The position numbers and the translations under genes were made by a program. From assembly GCA_965113315.1 (NCBI GenBank), contig OZ220377.1: a stretch of 64,000 nt of DNA, one strand, 5' to 3'. Origin of the DNA: Podarcis vaucheri. Its lineage: Eukaryota. The notes beneath the pieces were generated by a model. The model ran no database searches. It saw nothing but the letters and a program-made list of their open reading frames with translations, and was not told the origin of the DNA. Of this stretch, positions 13,884 to 26,305 are shown piece by piece; the stretch's first letter is position 1; each line of letters begins with the position of its first letter.

Positions 13884-14874
13884 TTCATCCTGGAGAAGAG
13901 TGACTAGTGGGGTGCTACAGGGTTCTGTCTTGGGCCCGGTTTTATTCAACATCTTTATCAACGACTTGGATGATGGACTCAAGGGCATCCTGATCAAATT
14001 CGCAGATGACACCAAACTGGGAGGGGTGGCTAACACCCCAGAGGACAGGATCACACTTCAAAACGACCTTAACAGATTAGAGAACTGGGCCAAAACAAAC
14101 AAGATGAACTTTAACAGGGAGAAATGTAAAGTATTGCACTTGGGCAAAAAAAATGAGAGGCACAAATACAAGATGGGGGACACCTGGCTTGAGAGCAGTA
14201 CATGTGAAAAGGATCTAGGAGTCTTGGTTGACCACAAACTTGACATGAGCCAACAGTGTGATGCGGCAGCTAAAAAAGCCAATGCAATTCTGGGCTGCAT
14301 CAATAGGAGTATAGCATCTAGATCAAGGGAAGTAATAGTGCCACTGTATTCTGCTCTGGTCAGACCTCACCTGGAGTACTGTGTCCAGTTCTGGGCACCA
14401 CAATTCAAGAAGGACACTGACAAACTGGAACGTGTCCAGAGGAGGGCAACCAAAATGGTCAAAGGCCTGGAAACGATGCCTTATGAGGAGCGGCTAAGGG
14501 AGCTGGGCATGTTTAGCCTGGAGAAGAGGAGGTTAAGGGGTGATATGATAGCCATGTTCAAATATATAAAAGGATGTCACATAGAGGAGGGAGAAAGGTT
14601 GTTTTCTGCTGCTCCAGAGAAGCGGACACGGAGCAATGGATCCAAACTACAAGAAAGAAGATTCCACCTAAACATGAGGAAGAACTTCCTGACAGTAAGA
14701 GCTGTTTGACAGTGGAATTTGCTGCCAAGGAGTGTGGTGGAGTCTCCTACTTTGGAGGTCTTTAAGCAGAGGCTTGACAACCATATGTCAGGAGTGCTCT
14801 GATGGTGTTTCCTGCTTGGCAGGGGGTTGGACTTGATGGCCCTTGTGGTCTCTTCCAACTCTATGATTCTATGA
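13884..14874 (+). mobile_element. Young CR1 LINE, 5'-truncated (RT 3' half plus 3' UTR)
   Basis: ORF 13900..14709 contains [21 protein letters not shown] and KFADD; premature TGA at 14707; ATTCTATG tail. Confidence 0.96.
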
Positions 14875-14948
14875 AATTCGATGAAATTCTATGCATGGGA
14901 TTGCACTGTAAAAAATTGTTTTAGACATGGGAGGGGAAAGTAAGTTTA

Positions 14949-15532
14949 TTTTTTTTTTTGCAAGTAAATTTTTATTGTTTTCCTTACATATTCTTTTCCA
15001 ACAAATTGTAATAGCACCATACATTTCCTTTGACTCTGCCGAGTCACAACCCCCCTCCTTCCCCACAACTGGTATATTTATCCTCTTTCCATCACACACA
15101 TCATTCTCAAGTTAGTACTATTATACATTGGAGGTATTATGTCAATCCTGCTAGTGTCTTGACCTCTTTACAATTCTTCTTTAAGTATTCAATAAATTTA
15201 CTCCAGTTATTTTGGTATCTTTGATCTCCCTGGTCCCGGATCCTCCCTGACAGTTTGGCAAGTTCTGCATATTCTGTCAACTTCGCCTGCCACTCCTGTA
15301 TAGTTGGTATATCTTGTACTTTCCATCTTTGGGCCAGAAGGGTCCTCGCGGCAGCTGTAGCATACATGAACAAATTTTGATCTTCTATTTTAATTTCTGT
15401 TCCTATTAAGCCTAATAGACACGCCTCTGGTCTTTTGGGAAAAGTATATCTAAATATTTTTTTGAGTTCATTATAAATTGCTTCCCAAAATTTTTTTACC
15501 TTATCGCAAGTCCACCACATATGGAAATAATC
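14949..15532 (-). mobile_element. L1-clade LINE 3' fragment with poly(A)
   Basis: ORF 15137..15520 (HMWWTC..FW..AARTLLAQRWK..PT..EW). Poly-T at 14949. 18-bp TSD gaggggaaagtaagttta at 14931-48 and 15533-50. Confidence 0.9.
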
Positions 15533-18500
15533 GAGGGGAAAGTAAGTTTAAAAGAAGAGCATATACTCCCTTCTTTGGTGAAAACCAGCCTCTGTAGTTA
15601 ACACAGCAAGTAGAAGAGGGGCTCAAAAAGCAAATGTGATTCTTAATTTCGAACCTTTTTTGTTTACAAAAGGCTGTTTGAAAGCCCCACTGTTTGCTCT
15701 GCTGTCTCAGTACAGTAATTGGGACTTCAAAGGGAAGCACCACTTGACATGCCATGACATTAGGTGATAACTTTGGTCCACCAGGGGTGGGGGAGATAAA
15801 GATCTGACCCTCAGGGCAGAAAAGGTGTCCCACCTCTGGTGAAGGGAAAAGGGGTTGTGGAGCTGCAAGGAGAAGGACGGTTGGCAACTTAGAAAGTGTG
15901 GGTGGCAAGGTGTCAGGGGGAGGGATGGCTTTGGTAAGGAGTGAGGGAAAGTGAGGGGGAAGAGGTGGCTTTGGCAGGAGCTGGTGACGATGTACCATTG
16001 GCAAGCAGAGCGAGCAAGCAGGGCAGCCCCTAGTTATATCAAAATAAAATAAAGAGGATATTGGAATAGACAGCCTTTGGTCTGGTCCAGCAGGACTCTC
16101 CTGATGCTCACCGTTATTCAGACATAGAGCACAAACAGAATCCAATGGCAAAATTGCAGAAAATAGACTGGGGGGCGGGGAGGTGTTTGGCAAATGTATA
16201 TGAAGGTGAGTAAGGCAGAAGAATCCTCTTTGGCTAGGCACTGTAAAATTAGGCACCTGGAAGCTTCTCCTCCTCCTCTTCTTTTAACATACAAACCTGT
16301 GACTTCCAACCACTAAAAGTGCCCCAGCCCTCTAAATTAAAATCCACCAGTGGCATCCAACAAATTGGACTGAATAATAGAACAAAATAGCCTGCTATAA
16401 GACCGGGTTCTAGCATTCATTGAAGGGAATCAAAGCTTGAGGCACATAGGGCAAGGATGACATTTAGCAAGGCACATTCAGCGTTTATTGCACTGAGTCA
16501 GACAAATGGTCCATCTAGCCTTGTGTTGTCTACTCTGACTGGCAGGGTCTTTCCTGGAACTGCAATCTGATAGCCTTTTGTTTAGAGAAGCTGAGAACTG
16601 TGCCTGGGGCCAAGATTCATTGCATACAAAGTACGGGCTGTGCCCCTCCCCATTTCTCATGTATTGCGGGTCACCAGATCTTGCACTTAGAACGTATGAC
16701 TGAATTGATATTCTTCTCTAATTTAGTGACCGGTGCCACATTTCCATTTTGAGCTCCAAAGCTTTGGAAGAAGAGGCAAAACAAACAAAACAGAGGCTGC
16801 AAGAGATGGCTTCATAGTGCCAAATAGATAGCAGTCTTTACAGTCATCTGCATAATTGTCTTTCCTATCAAGACCACTTTCCAGCTCTAGAACTGATTTT
16901 GTGGGAGATCCCTTGAGGTTTTATTCTCTTCAAAGTAGTTTAGCCCATATCATCCTTCCTTGTGTTTATAAGAGCAATATCATCTTGGTAAATATATTCA
17001 AGAGAAAGTGTGTGAAAGAATAATACATACATTTAGATTTCTGTCTGTACAAACTTTAAAGCTGCCCTCCACTACTACTACTCTAGTGTGCTTTAAAACA
17101 GGTAGTGGAGGAGGTAGCGGCCTGTTTGGAGATTAACTCTCACTAATTGTTGCTTAATCCTAGTGGTGTGCTGTTAGAACAGCACTGCCAATGCAACCAC
17201 ATTATGGAATGACACTTGACCAACCATATATGCCACTAGAGGTACCAGGAGTGTGAGAAGCAGTGCTCCATCCTGTCTTGCCATGTGCTGCTTGTTCTCT
17301 GCTAACTGCAAGGCTGAGGGTGGGGGGAGGGGAGGGGGGAATGTATAACAAATGCTATCTGTTTTCATTCACAGATCTCAGTCCAATCAGTCATCTGTCG
17401 GTCTTGGGTTCCTGCCAGTTATTGTGTCAATTCCCACACCCACTTTCCTGTAGCTGGAGTCCTTAGAAAGCATTTTTTCCTCTGTCTTCCACGTTCCTTC
17501 CTTTCCACCCTGCTTGCCCTTGATCAGGATCAGACATGTTCTGGAGATGACTTACTGTAGGGAAGGAGTAGTTCACTTTATTTGTCCCTCACACACATCT
17601 CCCCAACAGTTTTCAGCCATGGAAGAAATTGTGGCAGTGGCCAAAGCCATTCCAGCTAAGGGAGCCTTGCCGCTGAACAGCAAATGAGTCACAACTGTCT
17701 TGAAGCAATCTGCTTCTGTTATGATTAGGGCTGGGGTAGGAGGAGAAATTTGATGCAGCTTGCTTTTAAAGGCAAACCTTCCTAATTTACTCTTTCCCAA
17801 ACTATAGGAACAGAAATGCAGCCATTCTTAGAAATTTGCACACTTCTGAATTTTGCAGGGCAGCTCTCCACCCACGTAATGTGTACAAAAATCCATGCAC
17901 TAGTGCATTAAATGCATATATTAGTGAAAATAACCTGACCTGATCCAGCAGGGCTCTTCTTATGTTTTTACTTGTTACTGGTGTTTTTCAAGTGGTCATA
18001 TCCGCATTCATACACCCCTCTCTCCTTCATGCCTGGCACCTTCACTGTACACCTTTAGGCACCAGCCTTTGGCTGATTCACATCCAATGCCCTTTTTAAA
18101 TGTGTTGGGGGAGTTATTGGGTTGTTTTCCCTTTATCTTGATTGTGTATTTTGTGTTTTTATGTTGTGGGTTTTTTTCCTGTGAACCACCCTGAGACCTG
18201 CAGGTATAGGGCGGTATACAAATTTAATAAATAAATATAAAAATGCCTCTCTCTAATGTTCTGAAGGCAGTTAGAAGGAACTGAGCGTGAAGATGCTCAT
18301 CCTATAATGGGAGGAAGGAGTGAGTGCCAATTACCTGATTAAAGCTTTACAAATTTTTGAAGTTGTTCTATGCAGGCTCAGATTCCATCAGAGCGATTGA
18401 TTGAATGGATGAGCACTTGAAAAACATTTTTTTACAATAACTTTGTTTCTCCTTTAGATCTGGTTGAGGTGGTGTCCTGTTTTGTGGCTTTCTTCCAGAC

Positions 18501-18579
18501 ACTTGGAGATCATGACTTAATGCTGTATTCATTGAGTAAGGAACATGCAAGGGTGAATTGGCCCACACTTACAGCATAG

Positions 18580-19020
18580 TGTTAGAATTCCTGCTCCGTG
18601 ATTGCAGTCATGGGATTGTTGTCTATCACATGACGGTGTATGTTTTGACTCCACAGAGTGGCAAGTGATGGAGACAGGATGTTTGTGTTACTGTGTTCCT
18701 TGAGGTGGGACTATTGCCCTTTGTTCTTTCTCTTTGCTGTCTGATACTAGAGAGAGAGGGAACCATGTTGCAGTGTTCCATGTGTGTTTATATGTAAATA
18801 AAGTTGATTAGCCAAAATGCTGAGTTGCTGAGATCTGTTACATGAACTGCGCAGACTCTGCGGATCCCTAAGTCTGTTGGTGTCTGTTGGCATCGGTCGC
18901 TGTGATGTTTGGGCTGAAGAAAGTTTTTGAAGCTCCCGATCGACCAGGAGGGAGAGAACATGCCAGTCGGGCATGTGTCTCTGCCAGGGTCCTACTCGAG
19001 TGTAGGACGAGCTCCTGACA
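18580..19020 (+). mobile_element. Solo LTR (441 bp), probably Gypsy-type
   Basis: Starts TGTTAG and ends CTGACA (imperfect terminal inverted repeat); internal AATAAA; 5-bp flanks catag / cataa. Confidence 0.8.
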
Positions 19021-19609
19021 CATAATACCTAGCAAGTAGAAGGTGGCATCACTGATCATCCTTTATCCCACAGACTTAGGGAAGCCATGCCTTTCTCCTT
19101 CTCCCCTTAGAGCTGGCCACAAAACTTATTCGCAGGATTAAAAAATAGACACATTAAAACCAAATGGTGTCATTAAGAAATATTAATGTGGTCATCAATG
19201 AGCATTAAGAGCCATGGCAGCCCATCAGTGTCCATTAGCTTAACTCGCGTTAGAGGAGAGCAGTGGCTATGCAGCAATATGTGAATCTCTATCGGCAGTT
19301 ACAGCTGAGTAGCCTCCCAGCAGACAACATGTTGACAGTGCTATTAAAGTAAAATTTGCTCATCCTAGGTGGCATTGATGTGTCGCAGCCCAGCCCAACT
19401 CCCTACCACAACTCTCTTGTGCATTTAGCCATTTCAGAGAGCGCCGGGAAAATAAAGCAGCTTTTGAAGCTTCACAGAGGTTGACGCCTCCCTTTGGTGA
19501 ATCTGCTTCTTTGGCCCCATTATATAATACATTTTGCATCAACAGGCCAGAACAGGACACAGATGGAGACATTTGTACACATATTGGAACATGCAACAAG
19601 AATGTATAG

Positions 19610-20050
19610 TGTTACATGTTTGCTTCTTCCTGATGAGGTAATTGCCTGGGTGATGAGCCATTAAAAGAACAAAGGGAAGGGGGCTCTGTGCCAGATGACA
19701 AATGGGTGGGCCCCTCCTTCAACTCTTAAATATTTAGAAGGACAAAACCTGAGTTGGACAGTGGGAGTAGCTGTTATGTGAGCCAGAAGCTGGAAGGACA
19801 GCTGCCGTCTGGAAAGGCAGAGAGTGTCATGACTACTTTCTGCTGGAATCCAAGGCTCCATCTATGGGAGAAACAAGACCCTTTTGTGGTATTAATGCTG
19901 TGAGCCCCTCCAGCGCAGGCTCAGGTTGTATATATGTGTAAATAAACCATAAATCCTAAAGACACCACAGTCTCTGTCATGCCTCATTTCCAAAAGGAAA
20001 CATGAATCCTGACCTAGAACCCTTGAAATTTCACACCACTTGGACAAAAA
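19610..20050 (+). mobile_element. Older solo-LTR-like element (3' end uncertain)
   Basis: Starts TGTTAC; contains gtaaataaaccat signal like the neighbouring LTR; no clear TSD. Confidence 0.45.
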
Positions 20051-20227
20051 AAATTATATTGTTGCACACCACCAAAATTTCCAAGATGACAGCAGCTTAG
20101 ATTGCTGCTTGGGTCCTTTAGAGTTCTTGGTTGAATGCATTTCATAATAAATCTAGTTTATTGGTAACCAATTTTTTGCTACTTTTTTATGTTTCTCATT
20201 ACAAGAGTTAATCTAAACCAGTCAAAA

Positions 20228-21580
20228 AAATTAATTCTCTGCAGTGGTCTTTCAGGTATTGTTTAAATATATTCCAATCTTTACTAAAAAAAATTCACTT
20301 GATCCCTTATCTGTCCTGTCAGTTTATCCATCTCAGCATATTCCATAAGTTAAATCAGCCAATCTTTTTTTGATGGTATCGTCTCACTTTTCCAATTCTG
20401 TGCAATTCTGTGGTAGTGTACATAAATAATTTCTTTAACTTTCTTGGTGTCTCCCTCCTGATAATCCCTAAAAGAAATGCCTCAGGGTTTTTGGGGAAAT
20501 GAAATTTTGAACATCTTTTTCAACTCATTATAGACTGAATCCCAAAATTCTCTCATTCTTATTCAGGTCCACCAGACATGGTACATCCCACCACCTCCTT
20601 ACATTTCCAACATTGGTCTGAATTATTTTTATACATTATCGCTAATTTCCTCGGGTGTTATATACCAGCGATAGAATACCTTCATGTAGTTTTCCTTAAT
20701 AGAATAACATGCTGCGAACTTAAGATCTTCCCTCCACAATTTTTGCCATTCTGAGAGTTATATGTTATGACCTAAATCTCTTGCCCACTTTATTATGGCT
20801 GATTTTACCTCCTCGTCCTTCACTGACCATTCTAATAAGATTTTATACATTTTGGACAATGTTTTCTCATTGTTATATATCAAATCTCTTTTGAACTTTG
20901 GTAGTTCTTTGTTAAAGCCTCTTGGTTTGTCTTGTTTGAATAAGTCGTGCATTTGATGGTACTGTAACCCATTGTTGACTCTACTTTTTATTCCTTCAAA
21001 AAATTTGAGTTTTAATTGGTTGCCTTCTTCACAAAGAATTTCTTTATATGTAACCCAATCATTCATCATATTGACCTTTTTTACAGTCATGGCTTCTGTT
21101 GGTAACAACTACCTTTTGTTCCAGGATACCCTTGTTTTTTATCTAGACAGAGTACAGAGATCTTATTACATGATTTGTAAAGTCTCTGTGGGCTCTCACC
21201 TTGTCGTAGCATAAGTACGCATGCCAGCCAAAATGATTATTAAAGCCCTCTAGATCTAATATCAGTATTTTTTAATACTAGCCATTCCTTGATCCAAGAA
21301 ATGCATGCGGCTTCATAATACAACTCAAGATTTGGCAGTGCAAAGCCTCCTCTTTCTCTACTGTCTGTCAAAAGTTTATAACTTATTGTTGGCCTCTTGC
21401 CCTGCCAAATGAATCTTGTTATATCTTTCTGCCAGGTCTTAAAATGTCTTGCACTGTCCACTACTGGGATGGCTTAGAATAAGAAAAGTATTTTAGGCAA
21501 CACATTCATTTTTACTGTGGAGAGCCTACCCCAAAATGATAATCTTAACCTGTCCCATATTTCCAAGTTTCTTTTTATCT
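20228..21580 (-). mobile_element. Degenerate L1-clade ORF2 3' fragment
   Basis: ORFs 21240..21461 (FIWQGKRP..GGFALPNLELYYEA) and 20758..21108; downstream CWKC..HVWW zinc-knuckle remnant. Confidence 0.88.
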
Positions 21581-21592
21581 CTTACCCACCGC

Positions 21593-21650
21593 TGTCCCTC
21601 AGTGGGCTCAAACCACCAACCTTCTGCTTAACAGCCAAACACACTGACTC
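21593..21650 (-). pseudogene. tRNA-Asn(GTT)-derived fragment (probably a SINE head), not a functional tRNA
   Basis: Minus strand tttggctgttaagcagaaggttggtggtttgagcccactgagggac matches the tRNA-Asn 3' half (GTTCGGCTGTTAACCGAAAGGTTGGTGGTTCGAGCCCACCCAGGGAC) with CpG decay; 5' arm missing. Confidence 0.75.
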
Positions 21651-23165
21651 AAATAGCAGCCATGCTAAGCCTGCCATCATTTTCTGAAATTCTATTCTTA
21701 CACAGATTTTGGAGAAAGGGTAATTCACTGCAGGTTAATTCCATCTGGCCATTAATCCAACACTTACTGCGCAACACTTTTCACAGGGGAAACAAATGCC
21801 AATTCTGATTTCCACCAGCAATATCTTCACAAGGCAAATCCACTTACCAGTACTTAGTTTAATTGTCAATGACCATTCATTCTGGAGTGGGCCTTAGATA
21901 AGCAACATCTGTGTTGGCTATTCAGGGAGCAGAGTACCACAAGATTTCTATGGTTTTAAGCTTTAGTTAAGCCTAGCCAACTCTCCCAATAGATTTGTAC
22001 CACTATGGATGCAAACTATGCATGAGCTAGGAGTTATAATTCCTAAGACTTCTGACTTCTAAAGCATGTCAAAATCTTATACACACACTTACCTGGAAGT
22101 AAATCCCATTAAACTCAGTTGGGCATACTTCTGAGTAGACAGGATTGCACTGCAAGTCTTCTCTTTCTTAGCAATATATGTAGAGTAAGAAGAACATAGT
22201 GCTCATCTTTTGCTGTGCACTATGTACAGCCAGATTTGAGGGGAATAAAACCCATGTTTTTGTTTTGTTTTGTGTTTTGTTTTGGAGGTTTCATCAGTGC
22301 TTTTTTCCTTTAAAAATGTTTAAGGGTACTCTCATTTCGACTCAAGAAAATCATCATTTTATAGTTCAAATCAGGAAAAACAAACAAACAAATAAATACC
22401 AATCACTGTGCTAGATTCCAACTCCTACTTCACACATTAAACACCCGCTTCCATCTGAGACTCAGGAAACACTGTGACAGCAAATGAGGCCGCCATCGGG
22501 GGTAGCAACAGAACTGACGATTCACCTTGCTAAAGAAGAAACTAAAAAAATTATTTTTTTTAGTTTCTTCTCCCGTTAGATTCACAAAATGTTTAGGGGT
22601 ATGCATACCCCTGCGACCCCTCAGAAAAAAGCACTTGCTTTCATAATCCAAATCTTCAAATACCCAGATTTCCAAAAGTGCTGTGCTTTCAGAACAGCCA
22701 CGTGTGTTACGCTGAGTAAGTAAGTAAAGAGAGATTCAGAACAACAGGACAGGACAGAATTGGTGTACAACACCAGCAGATTAGAAAAGTGGTAATTTAT
22801 TCCCTTTGCACATCTTTTGCACTACAGATGGCAGGTGTCCTTTATTTTAAAACACGTACTTTATTTCAAAGGCTGTTTCACAAAACACAAGGCAACAAAA
22901 TTCCCCTTATTCGATGAAAAGCTAAAAGGGTTTGGGTTTTTCAATTCAAAAAGCTTTGGGTGTGTGGTAGAGGGAAATAAAATTATCTCCTCACAGAACA
23001 CTGAGGATCATTGAGATAATGTATGTGAAGCGCTTTGAGCATGGTGAAGCTTTGTATAAATGCTTAGGTATTGCTGCAGTAGAGTTCAATAAAAAGGTTA
23101 GACAAATTCATTATATGCGTCAAATAGCTGTTGCTATTAACAAAATGCTTGGGACATACTTCCTG

Positions 23166-23421
23166 AGCTGAGACTCCAATACTTTGGCCACCTCATGAGA
23201 AGAGAAGACTCCCTGGAAAAGACCCTGATGTTGGGAAAGATGGAGGGCCCAAGGAGAAGGGGACGACAGAGAATGAGATGGTTGGACGGTGTTCTCGAAG
23301 CTACGGACATGAGTCTGACCAAGCTGCGGGAGGCAGAGGAAGACAGGAGTGCCTGGTGTGCTCTGGTCCAGGGGGTCATGAAGAGTCAGACACGACTAAA
23401 TGACTAAACAACAATAACAAC
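23166..23421 (+). mobile_element. BovB (RTE) LINE short 3' fragment
   Basis: ORF MRREDSLEKTLMLGKMEG..RWLD; (CAA)n-like tail; homologous to 55870-56120. Confidence 0.92.
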
Positions 23422-24026
23422 GTGTTATTATCTATGCACTATTTAGTTATTAGAATATGTCTGTTCTGCCATTCTTACACAAAAGAAATCCAAGGTTAAT
23501 TAGGATAAACAATCAGGATATAAAAGATTGTACAAATAGATTTTTTTAAAAAAATCTAATAACAAGAAACAAAACTTTAAAACAAGAGTAATGCTCTTGC
23601 TACGTAAAACTAGTAGTAGAGACATTATTCTAAGATAGCTGACTACTGGAACAATATTGTTTGCTTTGTGCGGTTTTTCTGAGACATCAATCCAATATAT
23701 CTTTTTCAAAATAAATAATCTGTTCCCTACAATCTGAATTAAACCAGGCACGGACATCAAGACCGTCAGGTACCTTCCAGCCAATTAGACTCAATGCTTT
23801 TATTTCCATTTTGGGTCCATGTGCCACAAGCATGAATTCGAGTAGTAGACTGTGGTACCCTCAGGGAATACCTAGTATATTTACCTTTGGGGGGAAATTA
23901 AATGACTTACTTTTGTATTTAGGGGTTCTGTTTATTGTTGTACTGAGGTGTTAATCAGCACATTCAAGGAAACAGCAGAAGCCAGCAACTCCCATGCCAA
24001 AGGCAGAAGCAAACACCAGGAAGCTA

Positions 24027-24383
24027 CCGTATTTTTTGCACCATAACACTCACTTTTTTCCTCCTAGAAAGTAAGGGGAAATGTCTGTGCGTGTTATGGA
24101 GGGAATGCCTACGGATGGCAGGGGGATCTGCTGCAGTCATGAGCGGAGGATCCATGGTTCCCCTTCCTTCCCTCCTCCGTGGTTACAAAGCATGGATCCA
24201 CATGGATCCTCAGGATTTTTGCATTGGGCTACTCCAAACTGTCAGATCACATGTCTGTGGCCACAGCATGAACCACAAAAATCATATATCCACTATTTCG
24301 TTTAGATTTTTTTTCTTGTTTTCCTTCTCTAAAAACTACGTGCGTGTTATGGTCTGGTGTGTGTTATAGAGCGAAAAATACGG
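24027..24383. mobile_element. Tc1/mariner-type MITE
   Basis: TIRs ccgtattttt / aaaaatacgg flanked by TA on both sides. Confidence 0.85.
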
Positions 24384-25490
24384 TATTTTCAAAGGAGGCG
24401 GGTTCTGCCTGACTCCATCTTCCACCAGCCCATGAGCTTGGCAGGCAAAGGAAAGTGATTTATTCCTCCTGATAAATGGGAAAAAGTGGATGAAAAGATT
24501 AAATCATCTCTCCTTGCACTCACAGAAATGTGCTGCTGACCCCATGCTCTGGCAGGGTCAGGAGGAGTCAGCAATGAGGGGCTAGAAAGCTTCGCAGTGG
24601 GCGGGCAGTTTGCAGTCGGTAATTGAAGTGGAATGAGGAAATGCTCTGTGCCATTGCTGGGACCCCGTCTGTCCAGAAGATTGTTGCTGGTCCCTTTAGT
24701 TTCCTTGCTGGGTGGGAGAGGGAGGCATCCTCGATTCTTAGTGACTTACTATTCAAACAAGGACCATTAAGCTAATAAAAAAGTCAAAAGGCTTCTGGTT
24801 ACTGATATGATTCCCAGTTATGAATTGGGGTCATGGAAGTTTGCCAAAAAGTGAAGGGAAGAGCAGTAGCTAAGTGGTGGAGCACATGGCTTTGCATGCA
24901 AAAAGAATGCAGGTTCAATCTCCAAATAAGGAGCCCAACTAGACATGACACTATTCACACAATTAACAGCTGTGTGAATCCTCTGGACTGGGGTCAGGAT
25001 TAGGAGCACAACAGGAGGCAAACAGTTAAGTTCCCCCATTTCTCCCCTCTGCTAAAGATAGAATGCAGACTGTGGAGGTGGGGAGCCCCCCCCCCCATTT
25101 ACTTTGGTGGGTGGTATCCATGCAATTGGTGATTTCATGAATGGTGTCATATCTATGATGGGCCTTTGGACCCCTGTCTTAAACAGGAGTCTAGTGTAGA
25201 CAGCACTAAGGTAGATAAACCAATGGATGTCATGGCTAAAAGTCCAATGTAGTAACCACCACATCATGCTTTGCTAGTTCAGTAATCTATTTTTGTCACC
25301 TGATACTAATAAAGTGGGAATTCTGTTATTGTGCTGCTGATCTTTAATCTATTTTGACTGTTCTTTGTGCTATGGCATGGGACTCTGAGGGTGTGGCTGT
25401 AAGGGCTCCTGCATTTCATAAATTACCACTACAGCACTGGCTATTGGATCAAGATGCCTTTGGCCTGATCCAGCAGGGCTTTACTTAAAT

Positions 25491-26305
25491 TAGAATCATA
25501 GAATCATAGAGTTGGAAGAGACCACAAGGGCCATCGAGTCCAACCCCCTGCCAAGCAGGAAACACCATCAGAGCACTCCTGACATATGGTTGTCAAGCCT
25601 CTGCTTAAAGACCTCCAAAGTAGGAGACTCCACCACACTCCTTGGCAGCAAATTCCACTGTCAAACAGCTCTTACTGTCAGGAAGTTCTTCCTCATGTTT
25701 AGGTGGAATCTTCTTTCTTGTAGTTTGGATCCATTGCTCCGTGTCCGCTTCTCTGGAGCAGCAGAAAACAACCTTTCTCCCTCCTCTATGTGACATCCTT
25801 TTATATATTTGAACATGGCTATCATATCACCCCTTAACCTCCTCTTCTCCAGGCTAAACATGCCCAGCTCCCTTAGCCGTTCCTCATAAGGCATCGTTTC
25901 CAGGTCTTTGACCATTTTGGTTGCCCTCCTCTAGACACGTTCCAGTTTGTCAGTGTCCTTCTTGAACTGTGGTGCCCAGAACTGGACACAGTACTCCAGG
26001 TGAGGTCTGACCAGAGCAGAATACAGTGGCACTATTACTTCCCTTGATCTAGATGCTATACTCCTATTGATGCAGCCCAGAATTGCATTGGCTTTTTTAG
26101 CTGCCGCGTCACACTGTTGGCTCATGTCAAGTTTGTGGTCAACCAAGACTCCTAGATCCTTTTCACATGTACTGCTCTCAAGCCAGGTGTCACCCATCTT
26201 GTATTTGTGCCTCTCACTTTTTTTTTTTTTTTTTTGCCCAAGTGCAATACTTTACATTTCTCCCTGTTAAAATTCATCTTGTTTGTTTTGGCCCAGTTCT
26301 CTAAT
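25491..26305 (-). mobile_element. Young CR1 LINE, 5'-truncated
   Basis: ORFs 25661..25915 and 25931..26197 are CR1 ORF2 with a CAG>TAG stop and an expanded poly-T at about 26218-36; (CATAGAAT)n tail at left. Confidence 0.96.

Noticed and set aside
15501-16256. 251-aa proline-rich minus-strand ORF
   Set aside because: Explained by G-rich low-complexity sequence running into an L1 end; no recognisable homology.
21593-21650. Functional tRNA genes (also at 40401, 47500, 61332)
   Set aside because: Truncated or mutated cloverleafs joined to retroposon sequence; treated as SINE heads.
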